From: Kiritimatiella glycovorans
Lineage (GTDB): Bacteria; Verrucomicrobiota; Kiritimatiellia; Kiritimatiellales; Kiritimatiellaceae
DNA length: 32,000 bases
Direction: 5' to 3'
Assembly: GCF_001017655.1 (NCBI RefSeq)
Contig: NZ_CP010904.1
Span: 1,170,001-1,202,000 of the forward strand
The notes under the pieces were generated by a model. It saw nothing but the letters and a program-made list of their open reading frames with translations. It was not told where the DNA came from and made no database searches. The translations under genes and the position numbers were made by a program. Below, piece by piece: positions 28,439 to 32,000 of the stretch. Every line of letters starts with the position of its first letter. Position 1 is the stretch's first letter.

Positions 28439-28580
28439 ATCCGGTACTCCTTTCGTTTTTGCTTAAACAAAGAGTACGTTGCATTCGACCAGCGTCTATT
28501 TCAAAGAACCTCTATATGGTTATCAGTCCGCCTAAATCATTTTGTGTTCGGCCCGAAAACATTGACCCGAACGCCATGAC

Positions 28581-28610
28581 ATGAAAAGACCGTGCCCCGG
28601 CGGCCGGCCG
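28581..28610. repeat. right subterminal inverted repeat of the IS
   Basis: atgaaaagaccgtgccc (28581-28597) is the reverse complement of 26726-26742, followed by cggcggccggccg. Confidence 0.8.
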
Positions 28611-28645
28611 CTGCGAATAGGCTGGCCCGAAGGATTCCGGCGAGC

Positions 28646-28651
28646 TATAAT
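28646..28651 (+). promoter_or_regulatory. consensus -10 hexamer upstream of moxR, abutting the IS end
   Basis: Perfect TATAAT 33 nt upstream of the moxR ATG. No good -35 lies at 17-nt spacing (tggccc). Confidence 0.3.
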
Positions 28652-28683
28652 CCGTATCTTTGCATCGAAGGAAGGAAGAGCGC

Positions 28684-29661
28684 ATGGAGGGCGATACCGC
28701 CGCAATAGGAAACCGCCTCAAAGAGGTGCGCGAGGCCATGGCGTCCGTGGTGGTCGGTCAGCAGGCCCTGATCGAACGGATGCTGATGGCCCTGCTCTGC
28801 AACGGCCACGTCCTGCTCGAGGGCGTGCCCGGCGTGGCCAAAACGCTGATCGTCAAGTCGCTCGCCTCCGCCCTCGGTGCGGATTTCAGCCGCATCCAGT
28901 TCACACCGGACCTGCTGCCGGGCGACGTGATCGGCACCCGGATCTATCATCACCGCACGGGATCGTTCGAAACGGAACGGGGGCCGGTCTTCGCCAACCT
29001 CGTGCTGGCGGACGAGATCAACCGCGCCCCGGCCAAGGTCCAGAGCGCACTGCTCGAGGCCATGCAGGAACGACAGGTGACGCTGGGACACGATACGCAC
29101 CGGCTCCCCGATCCTTTCATGGTGCTCGCCACCCAGAACCCCATCGAACAGGAAGGCACCTACAGCCTGCCCGAGGCCCAGGTGGACCGTTTTATGGCCA
29201 AGCTGCTGGTGGACTACCCCGCGCCCGATGAAGAGCAGACCATCCTGCGCCGCATGGCCCGTCCCGCCCCGTCCATGCACGTCGAGCCGGTGGCCTCGCT
29301 GGAGGAGATCAGGCAGATGCGCGCAGCCCTCGAACAGATCTTCATGGCCCCGGAAATCGAGCAGTATATCCTCCGGCTGGTCGCCGCCACGCGCGTGCCC
29401 GCCTCCTGCGGCCTCGAGGAACTCCAACCCTATATCCGGTTCGGGGCGTCGCCGCGCGCCACCATCTATCTCGCCCTGTTCGCCCGGGCGCACGCCCTGG
29501 TCCGCGAGAGGGATTACGTGGTGCCGGACGACGTCAAGGCGGTGCTGCATGATGTGACCCGCCACCGGGTCGCCATCAGCTACCGCGCCGAGGCGGAAGG
29601 ACTGAACTCAGAGCGCCTGCTGGATCGTATCGTCGAGCAGGTGCCCGTCAACGGGACCTAG
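28684..29661 (+). CDS. MoxR-family AAA+ ATPase
   Basis: VVGQQALIERMLMALLCNGHVLLEGVPGVAKT (Walker A), LADEINRA (Walker B) and the conserved MoxR C-terminus. gaaggaaggaag lies upstream of the ATG. Confidence 0.92.
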   Translation: MEGDTAAIGNRLKEVREAMASVVVGQQALIERMLMALLCNGHVLLEGVPGVAKTLIVKSLASALGADFSRIQFTPDLLPGDVIGTRIYHHRTGSFETERGPVFANLVLADEINRAPAKVQSALLEAMQERQVTLGHDTHRLPDPFMVLATQNPIEQEGTYSLPEAQVDRFMAKLLVDYPAPDEEQTILRRMARPAPSMHVEPVASLEEIRQMRAALEQIFMAPEIEQYILRLVAATRVPASCGLEELQPYIRFGASPRATIYLALFARAHALVRERDYVVPDDVKAVLHDVTRHRVAISYRAEAEGLNSERLLDRIVEQVPVNGT

Positions 29662-29665
29662 GACC

Positions 29666-30553
29666 ATGCCCGCGGAGATGGAACAGCGTCTGCGGCAGAT
29701 CAGGCTGCGGACCCGCTACCCCGTCGAACACCTGCTCGCCGGAGAATACCGCAGCGTGTTCAAGGGCCGCGGTATGGATTTCGACGAGATCCGGCCGTAT
29801 GAACCCGGAGACGACGTGCGCGCGATCGACTGGAATGTGACCGCGCGCATGGGCCACCCGCATCTCAAACGCTACGTCGAAGAACGCGAACTCGCGGTCT
29901 GGTTTGTGGTCGACACCTCCGCCTCGTGCCGCTGCGAGCGCGGAGAAAGGACCAAGTGGGAGGTCATGCATGAAATCGTCGCCCTGCTCACGCTCTCGGC
30001 GACCCGTAACCAGGACCGCGTGGGCCTGATCCTGTTTTCGGATCGGGTGGAGGCGATCATCCCGCCCCGCAAAGGACGCCCCCACGCCCTGCGCCTGCTG
30101 AGCGATCTGCTCAGAGCCGAGCCGCGGGGCCGCCGCACGGACCCGCAGCCGGCCCTGGAGGCCGTAGCCCACCTCGCACAGCGCCGTTCGCTCGTGTTCT
30201 GGGTCTCGGATTTTCTGTTCGACGCCGATCGCGACCGGCTCGGACCGGTCAGTTTCCGGCAGGACCTCGTCGCCGTGGCCGTGAACGATCTCCGCGAGAA
30301 GAACCCGCCCGCCTGCGGTCTGGTGTCGGTGGAGGATTCGGAGACGGGCGATTCGATGATCTGTGTGCTGGACCACGCGAACCGGGAGGTTTACGGACGG
30401 GCGTTCGACCAGAGGCGCGCGGCGCTGAAACGCGAACTCGAGGCGGCCGGCGCGGACCTAATTGAGTGCGATACGGAATCGAACTGCGCCGCTGAACTGG
30501 CGGGATTCTTCAGGCGGCGCATGAGGAGAGCGGCGAATGAAACAGGCGGATAA
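29666..30553 (+). CDS. DUF58 domain protein (vWA-like partner of MoxR)
   Basis: GEYRSVFKGRGMDFDEIRPYEPGDDVRAIDWNVTAR is the DUF58 signature. The gene starts 4 nt after moxR. Confidence 0.88.
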   Translation: MPAEMEQRLRQIRLRTRYPVEHLLAGEYRSVFKGRGMDFDEIRPYEPGDDVRAIDWNVTARMGHPHLKRYVEERELAVWFVVDTSASCRCERGERTKWEVMHEIVALLTLSATRNQDRVGLILFSDRVEAIIPPRKGRPHALRLLSDLLRAEPRGRRTDPQPALEAVAHLAQRRSLVFWVSDFLFDADRDRLGPVSFRQDLVAVAVNDLREKNPPACGLVSVEDSETGDSMICVLDHANREVYGRAFDQRRAALKRELEAAGADLIECDTESNCAAELAGFFRRRMRRAANETGG

Positions 30554-30980
30554 CGGGCGCACCGGCCTGCGGGCGGCCGTCGCCGCCCTGCTGCTGGCCG
30601 CCACGATGCCGGCGGCGTCGCAGGAACTGAACCTGAGGCGGCAGCCGGCGACATTGCGCGGTCTGCCCGGCGAGCCCCTGACGGCGGTGCTGAGCGCGGA
30701 AACAGAGGGGGACACGTCGCTGCGCTTCGAGATCCCCGCGGTGTCGAATCTGCTCCTGCGTGCCGATGAGGCCCTCCCGCTGACCCGTTCACCCGAGGGC
30801 CGCATACGCCGGGCCCGCCGGCTGGTCTGGCAGGCCATGGAGCCCGGAACGCGGGTGCTGACGAACCTGGTCGTGCGCGCGGACGGTCGCCGGATGCACT
30901 TTCCGCCGCTGCGTATCGTCGTCGGAGACGTCGACCCCGCCGACCCGCCCGAGGCGCCCGAACCGGAGACGCAGGAATGA
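30537..30980 (+). CDS. hypothetical secreted protein within the MoxR/Bat operon
   Basis: 147 aa. Signal-like LRAAVAALLLAATMPAASQ, high GC3, overlaps the DUF58 3' end by 17 nt and the next gene by 4 nt. I recognise no family. Confidence 0.55.
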   Translation: MKQADNGRTGLRAAVAALLLAATMPAASQELNLRRQPATLRGLPGEPLTAVLSAETEGDTSLRFEIPAVSNLLLRADEALPLTRSPEGRIRRARRLVWQAMEPGTRVLTNLVVRADGRRMHFPPLRIVVGDVDPADPPEAPEPETQE

Positions 30981-32000
30981 GCTTTGCGCACCCCTGGATC
31001 CTGCTTCTGCTGCCCGCGGCCCTTACGCTGCTGCGCCGGAGGCGCGGGGGCGGCATTCCGGTCTCCAGCCTGGCGGACTGGCGCGATGCGCCGCCCCCGG
31101 GACGCGTGCGATGGCTGGCGGTGCCGCGTATGTTCGCGGCGTTCGCCGCCGCGCTGCTCATCACGGCCATGGCCGGACCGCGTGTCGAAAAACCGGTCCG
31201 GCGCGAAACGCGCGAGGGCATCGCCATCGAGATGCTGCTGGATATCTCCAGCAGCATGGACCAGAGCATCGACCGGCCGGAGGGCGGGAACGTCACCCGT
31301 ATGGAGGCGGCCAAAGAGGCGGTCGCGGCGTTCATCGACCGGCGGCCGGACGATCTGATCGGCCTGATCACCTTCGCGCGCTACGCCGATACCCTCAGCC
31401 CGCTGACCTTCGGCCACGAGGCACTCATCGATATCGTCCGGCGGGTCGAGATCCAGGACCGGCCGCATGAGGACGGTACGGCGTACGGGGACGCCCTGGC
31501 GTTCGCGGCCGCCCAGCTCCACCGCATGGAGAACTGGGGCGTACAGGGCGAGGGAAGCGGTGCAGAGGTCCGGAATAAAGTGATCGTGCTGCTCACAGAC
31601 GGGGAGAACAACTGCGGGCGCCATCTTCCCAGGCAGGCCGCGGGCATGGCTTCGCAGTGGGACATCCGCATCTACGGCATCAGTCTCGGCCGGGACGCCT
31701 TCGAACCGGAAACGCAGACCGGCCGCAGGGATCCGGAATTGACCGAAGGGGAAGCGCTGCTGAAGTCGGTCTGCACGGCATCGGGAGGCGCGTTCTGGAA
31801 GATCCGCGATGCCGGGGGATTGACCGGCGCGTATGAGACGATCGACCGCCTCGAAACCAGCGCGATAAGCACGGCGATTCCACGCCGCGTCGACTACGCG
31901 TCGATCTCAGCGCGGTTCCTGCTGCCCGCCCTCGTGCTCCTCCTGGCCGCGGCCGTGCTGCGGTCCACGGTGCTGCGCGTGGCGGAGGAGGAGCGCGGAT
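30977..32000 (+). CDS. BatA-like vWA domain protein (3' end outside the window)
   Basis: My own translation of frame 2 from the ATG at 30977 gives MSFAHPWILLLLPAALTLL (aerotolerance-regulator N-terminal motif), a vWA MIDAS region (LLDISSSMD ... LLTDGENN) and a C-terminal TM. The frame stays open to base 32000. It is absent from the supplied ORF track because it has no stop in the window. Confidence 0.85.
   Translation, partial: MSFAHPWILLLLPAALTLLRRRRGGGIPVSSLADWRDAPPPGRVRWLAVPRMFAAFAAALLITAMAGPRVEKPVRRETREGIAIEMLLDISSSMDQSIDRPEGGNVTRMEAAKEAVAAFIDRRPDDLIGLITFARYADTLSPLTFGHEALIDIVRRVEIQDRPHEDGTAYGDALAFAAAQLHRMENWGVQGEGSGAEVRNKVIVLLTDGENNCGRHLPRQAAGMASQWDIRIYGISLGRDAFEPETQTGRRDPELTEGEALLKSVCTASGGAFWKIRDAGGLTGAYETIDRLETSAISTAIPRRVDYASISARFLLPALVLLLAAAVLRSTVLRVAEEERG

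Larger units (their letters stand above)
26696..28620 (-). mobile_element. IS110-family insertion sequence with IS1111-like architecture; boundaries approximate (about +/-15 bp)
   Basis: A complete DEDD transposase gene. GC drops to 28/60 and 31/60 in two hand-counted lines, against 38-43/60 in flanking lines. Subterminal inverted repeats lie at 26711-26742 and 28581-28610. The element interrupts repeat copy D. Confidence 0.75.

Noticed and set aside
30391-31624. Minus-strand ORFs of 326 and 388 aa, rich in Arg/Ser/Pro/Ala
   Set aside because: They are antisense to the DUF58, small-protein and BatA genes, which have clear signatures and operon-style overlaps.
28684-32000. MoxR-DUF58-vWA cluster as a possible novel system
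   Set aside because: Gene order and motifs match the well-known MoxR/Bat (aerotolerance-type) operon, which is widespread in Gram-negative bacteria. Only the 147-aa secreted protein is unassigned.

Overview
High-GC (about 63-72% in hand-counted lines) chromosomal segment of a Gram-negative bacterium; I cannot assign taxonomy from sequence alone. Most of it is densely packed housekeeping: argS (3' part), an AmmeMemoRadiSam-type radical SAM enzyme, an LptF/G permease, zwf, an RluA-family pseudouridine synthase, icd, a CPBP protease, an aldo/keto reductase-ferredoxin fusion, a SWIM-SNF2 helicase, two membrane-anchored TPR proteins flanking a short ComEC, an S41 peptidase, tsaD, the mreB-mreC-mreD-mrdA-rodA-rng cluster, and a MoxR-DUF58-small protein-BatA (vWA) operon that runs off the right edge. 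No rRNA, tRNA or CRISPR array was found. Two things are not explained by the genes. (1) A roughly 1.9 kb lower-GC insertion (about 26696-28620) carries a complete IS110-family DEDD transposase. It has 17-bp perfect subterminal inverted repeats and an unusually long (about 670 nt) ORF-free region 3' of the transposase. That region contains a 150-nt imperfect hairpin with two asymmetric internal loops, and the hairpin carries sequences matching the DNA flanking the insertion point. I propose it as a bridge/seek guide RNA, the RNA known to direct IS110/IS1111 recombinases. (2) A mosaic intergenic repeat family has at least four copies or fragments in this window. It is built from 9-nt ATGAAGNNN tandem units, GTAC-rich hexamer runs, a GCGCC-GAA-GGCGC hairpin and a double TCAGGTTTC module. 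The IS sits inside one copy. Two further nested inverted-repeat structures lie in the icd/CPBP and TPR/comEC intergenic regions. All structures were found by eye; no folding energies, database searches or covariation tests were possible.
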